This document shows, one piece after another, positions 40,380-49,307 of a stretch of 64,000 nt of DNA. This DNA is from Candidatus Bilamarchaeaceae archaeon. GTDB taxonomy: Archaea; Micrarchaeota; Micrarchaeia; Anstonellales; Bilamarchaeaceae. The number at the start of each line of letters is the position of its first letter. Positions within the stretch are counted from its first letter, which is position 1. The notes beneath the pieces were generated by a model. The model had not been told where the DNA came from. It did not search any database and was given only the letters and a program-made list of their open reading frames with translations. The stretch lies in NCBI GenBank assembly GCA_038851325.1, contig JAWCKZ010000001.1:32001-96000 (forward strand), read 5' to 3'. The position numbers and the translations under genes are program-made.

Positions 40380-41447
40380 TTAAATGTTGTTTTTTATAAA
40401 TATTAGTGGAATTTTTGGAAAGAGAGCTAATCTAAAAATTATACGACTTATGATGTCCATATCGCCGTTTTTTTCAAGAAACTCCTCAAAGCCATTTTCT
40501 GCGAGTTCTCTTCCAAGAGCAGTAAGCCTGTCATCGTTAAGCCTGTTAAGCAACCTCCGCGCTATCATGTGAAGAAAAAGCTCTCTTTCATATTTTGCTC
40601 GCCATTTGAACTCGTAGTGAAACGGATTTGTGGACACGCCGGCAATCGAAGCGCACCACGCACCGAATATGACTCCACCACCGGTCGTAGCCTTTGTCTG
40701 TCCTGCTGCATCCCCAACAAGAAAAACCGACCTGCCATTAACTCTTTTCGCACTTTCTGCTCTTGTTCTGACAGGGATCACGTATCCACGAACATTTCTT
40801 ACATCACGTACGTGGATTCTTCTCTTCAGCTTTTCAAATGCTAAATCAACATTACCTGGAAGTTCAATACCGCAACCTATCTCGAAACTACCGCTCCCAC
40901 GTGGTATAACCCAACCGAAAAATCCTTTGAAATCAGAAGAAAGAAAAACTTTGACGATATCCTTATCCCAGTCCGCGTTCACGTTCCCCTGTAGTGTTGC
41001 AACAAACTTCGTAAGCGGTGTAAATCCAAAGAATGATGCAACAGACGAAAAGACACCGTCAGCGCCTATTATACGATTTGCACAAAACTTTTTTGTGATT
41101 CTTTCGCCGTATCTTATTTTCACGCCTTCGCGCTCTGCGGAGCATGCAAGCAGTTTATCAAATTCGCTACGGTTGCATGCATACGCGATCGGGCCTCTTT
41201 TTTTAACAGTAAGAACAGAGTTACCAAGATGAAGCTCAGCTCCGTATATCTCTTTCTCGACTGCTTCCTTCCAATCAAGATAATCCCTAAGTGTTTCCAA
41301 CCCAGACTTAGAAAATAATCCAGAGCATGGCTTCCCACCGGTTGCTGGGTGCTCTTCGCTGACAAGCACATTGTAGCCTGCGCGTGCTGCTGAAATAGCC
41401 GCCACACAACCAGCCGGTCCAGCCCCAATAATGTGAACATCAAACAC
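40380..41447 (-). CDS. Geranylgeranyl reductase family FAD-dependent oxidoreductase
   Basis: IGAGPAG, KPCSG, GADG, GWVIP, LVGDAAGQTKATTGGG. Confidence 0.88.
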   Translation of the reverse strand: MFDVHIIGAGPAGCVAAISAARAGYNVLVSEEHPATGGKPCSGLFSKSGLETLRDYLDWKEAVEKEIYGAELHLGNSVLTVKKRGPIAYACNRSEFDKLLACSAEREGVKIRYGERITKKFCANRIIGADGVFSSVASFFGFTPLTKFVATLQGNVNADWDKDIVKVFLSSDFKGFFGWVIPRGSGSFEIGCGIELPGNVDLAFEKLKRRIHVRDVRNVRGYVIPVRTRAESAKRVNGRSVFLVGDAAGQTKATTGGGVIFGAWCASIAGVSTNPFHYEFKWRAKYERELFLHMIARRLLNRLNDDRLTALGRELAENGFEEFLEKNGDMDIISRIIFRLALFPKIPLIFIKNNI

Positions 41448-41482
41448 AGAACAATTACTGAAAGAAGATTTAAAATCTCTGC

Positions 41483-42625
41483 TTGCCCAATGAGCTCATG
41501 ATGAAGGTAACGCCTTGGGAAGTTGAAGGAATCATAGATTACAATAGGCTCATAAAAGAATTCGGAACAAAGGAGATCGATGATGCCTTGCGGTCCAGGC
41601 TTGAGAAAGCAGCTGGCGAGAGTCATGTAATGCTAAGAAGAGGGTTCATATTTTCACATCGCGATCTTGAGCTTGTCCTTGACGACTACGAGAAAGGAAA
41701 GGGTTTTTTTCTCTATACTGGAAGAGGACCGAGTGGTCCGATGCACATAGGTCATCTTCTTCCTCTCATTTTCACAAAATGGCTCCAGGAGCGCTTCGAT
41801 GTAAATCTCTATATAGAGATAACAGATGATGAAAAATTTCTCTTCAAAAGAGAGTTAAGCTGGGAAGACGTTAGCCGCTACTCAGAGGAAAACATCTTAG
41901 ATATTGCGGCTGTTGGTTTTAACCCAGATAAAACATTCATATTCAAAGATAGTGAGTACATCGGTCACTGCTACCCGCTACTGATGAAGATTGCGAAAAA
42001 GATAACATTCTCAACAGCAAAGGCAGTTTTTGGTTTTACAAATGAAACGAACGTTGGCGCAATATTCTACCCAGCGTATCAGATAGTCCCGACGTTTTTT
42101 GAAAAAAAACGTTGTCTCATACCAAACGCGATAGACCAAGATCCATATTGGAGGATACAGCGTGATATAGCAGAAAGTCTGGGCTACCTTAAGGCATCCG
42201 CAATCCACTCAAAGTTTATACCGCCTCTTCAAGGGGTAACTGGAAAGATGAGTTCAAGCGTTGCAGACACGGCGATTTGGTTGAGTGATGATGAAAAAAA
42301 AGTGAGCGAGAAGATAATGAAGTATGCTTTTTCAGGCGGCCAGCCAACAATTGCAGAACACAGGAAAAAAGGGGGCAAACCAGAGATTGATGTTTCGTTT
42401 CAATGGTTGAAAATTCTTTTTGAGCCTGACGATAAAAAGTTGAACACGATCGAGCAGGACTATCGCTCCGGAAAGCTTCTTACAGGAGAATTAAAGAAAA
42501 TACTAATAGATAAAATAAACGAATTTCTGATGGAACATAGAAGAAGAAGGGAAAAGGTAGATGTAGAGAGATATACAAGAAAGGGGAGGTTAGCGCAGAA
42601 AATGTGGAGCGCATATTATTCGTGA
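41483..42625 (+). CDS. trpS: Tryptophan--tRNA ligase
   Basis: VTPWEV, YTGRGPS, HIGH, DQDPY, KMSSS. Confidence 0.96.
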   Translation: MPNELMMKVTPWEVEGIIDYNRLIKEFGTKEIDDALRSRLEKAAGESHVMLRRGFIFSHRDLELVLDDYEKGKGFFLYTGRGPSGPMHIGHLLPLIFTKWLQERFDVNLYIEITDDEKFLFKRELSWEDVSRYSEENILDIAAVGFNPDKTFIFKDSEYIGHCYPLLMKIAKKITFSTAKAVFGFTNETNVGAIFYPAYQIVPTFFEKKRCLIPNAIDQDPYWRIQRDIAESLGYLKASAIHSKFIPPLQGVTGKMSSSVADTAIWLSDDEKKVSEKIMKYAFSGGQPTIAEHRKKGGKPEIDVSFQWLKILFEPDDKKLNTIEQDYRSGKLLTGELKKILIDKINEFLMEHRRRREKVDVERYTRKGRLAQKMWSAYYS

Positions 42626-43230
42626 TGGATATCCACCTTTGGCACTTTCTTATCCTCTTCACCCACTCTGAAATACTCGGCTTCTTTCATCCCCATTAGC
42701 AAAGCGAGTATAAAATCAGGGAAGACGTGAATACGTGTATTATAAAGATAGACTGTATCATTGTAGAATTCTCTTCTGTCTGCTATTTGATTTTCTATGG
42801 CGACAAGTTGATTTTGAAGCTGCATAAAGTTTTCGCTTGCGCGTAGTTTTGGGTAATTTTCGGCCACGGCGAATATAGTCTTAAGCGCTTCGCTTATCTC
42901 CTCACTTGCTTTCGCCTTTTCCTTTAGTCCCTTCGCTACCAGCATTGCAGCACGAAGTTCTGTTATTTTAGAGAGAACACTGCGCTCGTGCTTCATATAT
43001 CCCTCGACAGCCGCAACGAGGTTTGGCACAAGATCGTTCCTCTGTTTAAGAAGTACATCTATGTTTGCCCATGCCTTGCTTACCTGATTCCTTAATGATA
43101 TCAGGCCGTTTATGATTGATATAGTATACACAATAAACAGCACTGCAAAAATGACAACCGCAAACCCCAAACAGCCCAAGCAGATGCTACCAACAGCGGA
43201 CGGAGGTATCGTATACTGCTGCGCCACCAT
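42616..43230 (-). CDS. lemA: LemA family protein
   Basis: AWANIDVLLKQR, AVAENYPKL, RREFYND, FP. Confidence 0.92.
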   Translation of the reverse strand: MVAQQYTIPPSAVGSICLGCLGFAVVIFAVLFIVYTISIINGLISLRNQVSKAWANIDVLLKQRNDLVPNLVAAVEGYMKHERSVLSKITELRAAMLVAKGLKEKAKASEEISEALKTIFAVAENYPKLRASENFMQLQNQLVAIENQIADRREFYNDTVYLYNTRIHVFPDFILALLMGMKEAEYFRVGEEDKKVPKVDIHHE

Positions 43231-43288
43231 CAAACAGCGCCAGTAAGGAGAGTTATCGACAATGCCAAACATTTTAAAACCTCCTTTT

Positions 43289-44068
43289 TCACGTCATAAA
43301 ATTGATGATAATCAAAGGAACACACATCCCACAGATGAGTAGGCCGACTGCGAGCCAGCCTATGATTTCCCATTTTATCTTTTCTGTTATATGCTTTTCT
43401 TCCTGGTCGCTGATATACATCACGTTATCTCTTCCCATGCAGATAATAAGGTTCTCATTGGCAGGACCGGCACCTGCCTCTGTTCTTACCTCTGCTGTCC
43501 CGAGCACATAAACGCGGTCGTCCTCATTTATGTAATATTCGGACACTCTCAGCAGACTATTGCTATGGATTCGGAATTGCAACTTTGCTTCCGGGTGCTC
43601 ATCAAGAAATTCCAATACCTTCTTGTCGAGCTGTTGTTGCGGCAGCAAGCCAAAGAATCCCCTGTCTGAGAGGTGACCTGTATATACATTGTCCGGAGGG
43701 ATTTCTACAATTGCGTTTTTTGGGCTCACAAGTATCCGCCCTGTATCGTCCTCAAGATAGAATTCAGAGGATGCGTCCTTCTTGTAAAAAACGCACCATC
43801 TCCCTCCGTGCTTCCCGCTCTGATAATATTCTGCAACAAGACGCCAAAAAACACATTTTGTTTTTGTGATGGGGCTTGTAATCGGCTCTTTGTATTTTGC
43901 TTTGCCATAGAGCTCCACGAGACCAAGTGCTGCGGAGCGCACCTTCGAAGTAGGGGTACTCTTTATCTTTTGCATGAGAAAATATTTCGAGACCGCAGTA
44001 TATATGAAAACAAAGCCTATGATAAACGTGAAACCAACAAAGCAAACTTGCACCGGATTGAATGGCAT
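43289..44068 (-). CDS. GIDE-domain membrane protein
   Basis: TPTSKVRS, GLVELxG, FYLEDDTGRILV, VYVLG; N- and C-terminal TM helices; paired with lemA. Confidence 0.75.
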   Translation of the reverse strand: MPFNPVQVCFVGFTFIIGFVFIYTAVSKYFLMQKIKSTPTSKVRSAALGLVELYGKAKYKEPITSPITKTKCVFWRLVAEYYQSGKHGGRWCVFYKKDASSEFYLEDDTGRILVSPKNAIVEIPPDNVYTGHLSDRGFFGLLPQQQLDKKVLEFLDEHPEAKLQFRIHSNSLLRVSEYYINEDDRVYVLGTAEVRTEAGAGPANENLIICMGRDNVMYISDQEEKHITEKIKWEIIGWLAVGLLICGMCVPLIIINFMT

Positions 44069-44082
44069 ATATTTTATCCCAC

Positions 44083-44481
44083 CTATAAAAGTCGGAATTT
44101 AAATCCGTAATGGATCAGACCTTCTGGGTCATCTTTTTGTATCATCCTAAATACACTTTCAACCTCCGCGCCTACTTTAACATCTTCAGGCTTACAATCA
44201 ACTACCTGCCCAAGAACCTTCGCGCCTTCATCAAGCTCCACTAACGCTATTATGTATGGAACTTGGTCCTCAAAACTGCTCGGCGCAGAATATATTACCG
44301 TATAACTATAAATTTTCCCCTTACCAGAAAATTGCACGTCTCTTACTTTTCCTTTTCTTCTGCATTTTGGGCAAATCGTCCGGCGTGGGAAGTAGCGCCC
44401 ATTGCAAACTTCGCAAATAGAACCGATAAGTCTGTATCGTTCTGGTATCCTGCGCCACGTGAGTGGAATGGACTCCTTCAC
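44083..44481 (-). CDS. DUF35-family Zn-ribbon/OB-fold protein
   Basis: CEVC...FPRRxICPKC, GKIYSYT, YGFKF. Confidence 0.9.
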   Translation of the reverse strand: MKESIPLTWRRIPERYRLIGSICEVCNGRYFPRRTICPKCRRKGKVRDVQFSGKGKIYSYTVIYSAPSSFEDQVPYIIALVELDEGAKVLGQVVDCKPEDVKVGAEVESVFRMIQKDDPEGLIHYGFKFRLL

Positions 44482-45137
44482 ATAATCACCCCTTTTTGTG
44501 TTTGCTCGTAGTGCTCCTTAAAGAGCTTTATTCCTTTTTCTGTGAGAGGATGGTGCCAAAGTTGTTCCAGCACTGTAGGTGGGATGGTTGCTATGTGCGC
44601 GCCAGCAAGTGCCGCCTCTACTACATGCTTTTCAGAACGAACAGATGCAACAATTATCTCTGTTTTAAACTTATAGTTTGTATACACCTGAACTATCTGT
44701 CTCACGAGCTCCATTCCATTCTCACCAATATCATCAAGCCTTCCAACAAAAGGAGAAACATATGTCGCGCCTGCCTTTGCAGCTATGAGTGCCTGCGGTA
44801 CCGAAAAAACTAGGGTCACATTTGTCTTTATTCCCTTTTCTGACAATATACGAACTGCGCGCATGCCTTCCTTGGTCATTGGTATTTTTATTACTATATT
44901 GCTCCCCAATTTAACATACTCTTCTGCCTCTTTTACCATTCCTTCAGCATCATCACTTATGACCTCAACACTTAGAGGTTTGTTGCCTAGTAACCGAGCG
45001 ATCTCCCTGGCGGCTTCTTCCTGCGTCTTTCCAGCTTTCATAACGAGCGTAGGATTCGTAGTCACCCCATCGCATACTCCTAACTCAAGCGCTTTCTTTA
45101 TTTCTCCTGCGTTGGCAGTATCGATGAAAAATTTCAT
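44478..45137 (-). CDS. tal: Transaldolase / fructose-6-phosphate aldolase family
   Basis: FFIDTA, GVTTNP, VIKIP, NVTLVFS, SPFVGR, ASVR. Confidence 0.93.
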   Translation of the reverse strand: MKFFIDTANAGEIKKALELGVCDGVTTNPTLVMKAGKTQEEAAREIARLLGNKPLSVEVISDDAEGMVKEAEEYVKLGSNIVIKIPMTKEGMRAVRILSEKGIKTNVTLVFSVPQALIAAKAGATYVSPFVGRLDDIGENGMELVRQIVQVYTNYKFKTEIIVASVRSEKHVVEAALAGAHIATIPPTVLEQLWHHPLTEKGIKLFKEHYEQTQKGVIM

Positions 45138-45182
45138 ATCCTCCCACCAAGAAAAGAATAAAAGCAAACAATTTAAGAGCAT

Positions 45183-46052
45183 TCACTTCATATTCTCAAG
45201 TATTCTTAATACATAATCCGCCCCACCGGTTAGAGAGCGCTCAAATAGTTCTGCGCATTCAATGACTGAAGCATCCGACTCTCGAGAGAGAACCTTTGCA
45301 GAGAAAAGTTCCACCAGTTTACCCTTTTTATCCAAAGGGATACCTGTATCACTTATAAGCGCACTAACTGCTGTTCTATAGGAGTATATGACGTGTTTTC
45401 CAAATTTCTGATCAAGCTTAACTATGGTTCTACCAACACATCCTATAGTTGAAGCGCTCTTCAGCACGAGTGCAAGCTCAATGAATCGTTCCGTTGCGGA
45501 TCTTAAGGTTTTCTCACCTATATAAGACAGCACATTCAATGCAGCGAGGATATCGGAGTTTGTAAACACCTCTCCAATAGTTGCCAGAGCATCCTTGTCA
45601 TGAATATTATTTAACTCAAAATCAATCCGCTTTAAAAAACAAAGAGAGGCAGGAAGACCGTTTTTCATATTAGAAATCCTGTCAGCTGCTTGAAGAACTT
45701 CAATAAAATCCGCCTCCTTTTCAAGCGCTAAAAGAATATTTATCAAAGCCTGCGCTACTTTTTCCTGATCATCCTTCTCAGAAAATTTTTTAATGAAGGA
45801 TATTGCGAGTCCATCGTCATTCACGAAATTTTTTTCTTCGCCTTCGAATTTACCGAAGAAGGCTTCAACAAAAATATGGAACTCGCTGTTGGCCACTTTT
45901 ATTCTAAGAGGGGGTGGTGTTCTAAAAATTTGTGAGATGCCCGTATCCTTCATTGGTTCTTCTATCATAGTCGGCGAACGCGATGTGAGAGTTATCCTCT
46001 TTTTAATGACTTCTGGCGTGTATCTTCGTTGGTTTCTCTCATCGATTTTCAT
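45183..46052 (-). CDS. Hypothetical protein
   Basis: About 289-aa ORF with GGAGGGGG RBS. Confidence 0.65.
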   Translation of the reverse strand: MKIDERNQRRYTPEVIKKRITLTSRSPTMIEEPMKDTGISQIFRTPPPLRIKVANSEFHIFVEAFFGKFEGEEKNFVNDDGLAISFIKKFSEKDDQEKVAQALINILLALEKEADFIEVLQAADRISNMKNGLPASLCFLKRIDFELNNIHDKDALATIGEVFTNSDILAALNVLSYIGEKTLRSATERFIELALVLKSASTIGCVGRTIVKLDQKFGKHVIYSYRTAVSALISDTGIPLDKKGKLVELFSAKVLSRESDASVIECAELFERSLTGGADYVLRILENMK

Positions 46053-46266
46053 ATCTCCCCCTCCGACCCACACCAAACTATATAACATAACAGCAAAAAA
46101 ATTTAAAGTTTGCACAAATTAATTGCCAATTTCAAGTTCTAAAACTATTTTAGAAACAACCAAATGTGTTCAGTACACATGAAGATACACAAAAGATGAA
46201 ATAGTGGATGAGTTCGGTCATCGTTATGCGTATAATTTTAAACTCTTACCAATATGATTATGATTT

Positions 46267-46830
46267 GTGGTTGGTATGATAAAGAAGTGCTGGTATGCAA
46301 AAGATAGTGTGCCAATGAAAAACGAGGAAACCAAAAATAATGAGAAAAAAATAAGAAAATTGATAAGTAGCGTTCCAGGGCTAAAAGAAGGATTAATGAT
46401 TACTGGGATTATGCTTACTCTCCCGTTATGTCAAATCAACGAAACAGGGCGTAGTAATAAATCGTCCCGACCTTATGTTGTGCAATCCGCTGTGGCTGAG
46501 AAGAAGCCACAACCATCGCTTATTTTACACGAAGGAATGCTCAAAGAATTAGTACTCCTTATGAAAGAGGGCAGTTCTGCCAGTTTCAGGCTAACTGAAA
46601 GAACTCAGACTGCGATATTCCTTAAGATAGTCAGCATATCTGAAGAGGGGGTGGACATTGCGCTTGGTACAGAAATCCTTGGAGAAAAACCTGCCCGCCA
46701 AATTGTCAGAGTCAGTTATGGCGAAGCAGAGCTGGGGAACAACCCGATTAAGAAGCTTGCTGTAAAAAAAGAAAGCGATGGAGAAGTGACCATTAGAATA
46801 TTCTTAAACACCAGCTTTAAACCTCAATGA
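46267..46830 (+). CDS. Hypothetical protein
   Basis: 187-aa ORF; start uncertain. Confidence 0.55.
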   Translation: MVGMIKKCWYAKDSVPMKNEETKNNEKKIRKLISSVPGLKEGLMITGIMLTLPLCQINETGRSNKSSRPYVVQSAVAEKKPQPSLILHEGMLKELVLLMKEGSSASFRLTERTQTAIFLKIVSISEEGVDIALGTEILGEKPARQIVRVSYGEAELGNNPIKKLAVKKESDGEVTIRIFLNTSFKPQ

Positions 46831-48046
46831 GTTCCTTGAAGAATTTTGGAAGTGCGAAAGCCGCTTTATGTATCTCTGGAGTATAGTATTGTAATCCTTT
46901 TAACTCCCGCGCTCTTTTTTCGTCAAATTTAAATGGGTCGTATTTTTTTGAGCAAAAAGAAAATCCTATAACCCCGCTCGGATAGGTCGGCACATTCGCA
47001 TAATAATATTTGTATATTGGAAATAGTTTCTTGTTAAAGCATGCCATATCCTTCAAAAGGTCTTGATGGTAGTACATAGATTCTGATTGCGTTACCACGA
47101 TTCCATCCGCCCTGCACGCATCTCTCAGATCTCTATAAAAATCCTCTTTGAAAAGCGGTTCTGCTGGACCTACAGGATCAGACGAGTCAACGAGTATAAC
47201 ATCATAATAGTCTTTTTTTCCTTTTATGAATTTTGAGCCGTCTTCGTAGAATATCGTTAACCGTGGGTCGTTGAGTGCACAACTAACCTTCGGAAAATAT
47301 TTTTTCGCTGCACCTACAACCATCTTATCTATCTCGCACATATGGATCTCGTTAACACACTTATGCTTTGCAATCTCGCGCACAGCGCCACCATCTCCTC
47401 CTCCTATGACAAGAACGCGCTGCGGGTTAGGATGAACAAGCAGAGGAACATGCACTATCATCTCATGATAAACAAACTCGTCATATTCGGTGAGCATCAC
47501 CGCACCATCAAGCACCATCATCCTTCCAAAATGATCTGTCTCAAAAATTTGCATGTGCTGGAAAGGTGAGTGCTCATCGTGCAATAGTTTCTTAATTCCG
47601 ATTGATAGCGCTCTCCCTTTAAGCGTCTCTTCCTTTTCCTGGAATGCCGCTTTTCTATAAATCGTGTTTATCTTGTAATCCGCTGCGCCAAACCATTTTT
47701 TCGTAAACTCTGCTGCCTTATAGGGATCAAAGTGTTTACAACTGAAAATGTCAATATATGCATACCCTGCTTTTGTTTTTTGGTCTATTCCAAAATGGCC
47801 TGTAATTCCTGATGTTTCTATAAGCTGAAAAGCAGAGTAGCCTTTAACTCGTGGGTCTTCTCCGAAATATACAATATGTGGTTCACCGTATCTTTTCATA
47901 TCTATCAGTTTGCACAGTTCTATTATCCACTGCTCGATTGTTTCCTTTGATTCGACTTTCTTAGAGTCGCACATAATTAGATCAACCGAAGCAAGCATCC
48001 CCCATACGCCAAACCTTTTGTATTCGTGTTCTGTATATTCGTACAT
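46817..48046 (-). CDS. speE: Fused AdoMet-decarboxylase-like domain / spermidine synthase
   Basis: N-terminal QLIETSGITGHF...YIDIFSC; C-terminal LDG, EFVYHE, VLVIGGGDGG, DSSDP, PTYPSG. Confidence 0.9.
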   Translation of the reverse strand: MYEYTEHEYKRFGVWGMLASVDLIMCDSKKVESKETIEQWIIELCKLIDMKRYGEPHIVYFGEDPRVKGYSAFQLIETSGITGHFGIDQKTKAGYAYIDIFSCKHFDPYKAAEFTKKWFGAADYKINTIYRKAAFQEKEETLKGRALSIGIKKLLHDEHSPFQHMQIFETDHFGRMMVLDGAVMLTEYDEFVYHEMIVHVPLLVHPNPQRVLVIGGGDGGAVREIAKHKCVNEIHMCEIDKMVVGAAKKYFPKVSCALNDPRLTIFYEDGSKFIKGKKDYYDVILVDSSDPVGPAEPLFKEDFYRDLRDACRADGIVVTQSESMYYHQDLLKDMACFNKKLFPIYKYYYANVPTYPSGVIGFSFCSKKYDPFKFDEKRARELKGLQYYTPEIHKAAFALPKFFKELIEV

Positions 48047-48126
48047 CTGTCAACCCCCACATTCTAATTCAAAATTTTATGTGCTCATATTAAATAAAAA
48101 ATTTAAATGTATCATCATTGGTAGAA

Positions 48127-48278
48127 CCCTAAAACGCAGGGAGGGGGCTGATGTTTTCTTCTATTCCCCTCCCTTCATTTTTAGGGCTAATTCTGATTCC
48201 CTCCCTAAAACGCAGGGAGGGGGCTGATGTTTTCTTCTATTCCCCTCCCTTCATTTTTAGGGCTAATTCTGATTCCCT
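48127..48278. repeat. Perfect 76-bp tandem duplication of a hairpin
   Basis: Units 48127-48202 and 48203-48278; CCCTAAAA/TTTTAGGG and AGGGAGGGG/CCCCTCCCT stems. Confidence 0.9.
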
Positions 48279-48364
48279 CCCCTTTCTGTTTATTTATGTT
48301 TGTTTATTTATCTTTTTGTTTGTTTTATGTTTTTGTGTTTTTGTTTTGCGCCGATTTTATTTCA

Positions 48365-48485
48365 GAAGAAAACCTCCCACGACCGCCGTGGCCTGAGAGA
48401 AACATAAGTCCACGGCACATAGAAAACATTAGGAAAACAGAGAAAACAGAAAGAAACTTAAGAAAACAGGAGGAATACATAAAAA
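48365..48485 (+). repeat. Stable-RNA-associated hairpin repeat, single unit abutting the RNase P RNA 3' end
   Basis: Hairpin 48385-48416; tail AAGAAAACAGGAGGAATACATAAAAA identical to the tRNA-Arg(TCG) copy. Confidence 0.9.
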
Positions 48486-48691
48486 GGTGAGGAGAGTAGT
48501 CTGCCTTCTGTTGTAGCGGCATTTTACTACGCGGCGTAAAGCCTTGCACAATCATCGAAAGGAAAGCGTCCGTTTCATCCAAGTCAAAGCTTGGTATCGT
48601 TTCTGTTACGCTTTCAGCTCCTTAAGAGCATCACATTCTCTTGTGGGCAGAACTTCCTCCGAATCATTCGGTGAGCCGCTCTCTCCTCACC
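48486..48691 (-). ncRNA. rnpB: RNase P RNA (compact, type M-like)
   Basis: P1 GGTGAGGAGAG/CTCTCCTCACC; CR-I GAGGAAGTTCTGCC pairs with CR-V ACAGAAGGCAGACTA; ACAGAAAC, TGAAACGG, GCAAG; TTTAAA box upstream. Confidence 0.92.
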
Positions 48692-48990
48692 ATATTTATC
48701 TGGAATTTGAAGGATTTAAATCTTTGCAGGGCATCAAGCTTTTCGCTCCTTTACTTCCACTTGTTCTTGACTTGCTTTTCAGATAAAATTCGGCGAGTGA
48801 AATGTTTATTATTCTGCTAGGCCAAAGCAAACAACTGAGAGAATACTAAAGATACCTGTGAATAGCGCAGCGCCCAAAATGAAAAGAGATTACTCTTATA
48901 TAGCTAACTGCTTTTTACAATACAATCTATGATCAATCTATGATTTTGTTGTACATTTACTTAAGACCTTCTTTTACTAACGAAAAAAAA

Positions 48991-49118
48991 TGCCGCGGGC
49001 CGGAGTTTTTGGCAGCTGCGCGGGCAGCCTGAACCAGCGACCCCTCGGTCTTCAGCCGAGTGCTCTCCCAACAGCACGCCCTAGTGGCGAACCACCCAGA
49101 GCTCTGAGCTACCGCGGC
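48991..49118 (-). tRNA. tRNA-Phe(GAA) with two non-canonical introns (49103-49072 at 15/16; 49030-49008 at 56/57)
   Basis: GCCGCGG/CCGCGGC, CTCGG-CTGAAGA-CCGAG; removing the BHB-bounded inserts restores D-loop AGTTGGGA and T-loop TTCAACT. Confidence 0.92.
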
Positions 49119-49163
49119 ACTGATAAGATGTTAATGCCAAAAAAATAAAAAATTTGGACAATC

Positions 49164-49253
49164 TTAAAATTCTTCTTCCTCTTCTTCCTCCCATTCTTCT
49201 TCGTCTTCTTCCTCTTCCCACTCCTCTTCTTCATCTGCTTCGAAATGCCTCAT
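49164..49253 (-). CDS. Hyper-acidic 29-aa micro-protein
   Basis: MRHFEADEEEEWEEEEDEEEWEEEEEEEF; GGTGA RBS; TTTTAATA box upstream. Confidence 0.6.
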   Translation of the reverse strand: MRHFEADEEEEWEEEEDEEEWEEEEEEEF

Positions 49254-49307
49254 AGGATATCACCACTTAAAAACTGGAGAGTAATACATAGAAACTATTA
49301 AAAATGT

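Noticed and set aside
48151..48786. ORFs 48151-48396, 48227-48490, 48325-48582 and 48544-48786
   Set aside because: They run through repeats and the RNase P RNA, so they are likely spurious.
48808..48890. Hydrophobic minus-strand frame (LFILGAALFTGIFSILSVVCFGLAE)
   Set aside because: Preceded by an in-frame stop with no convincing start; too short to call.
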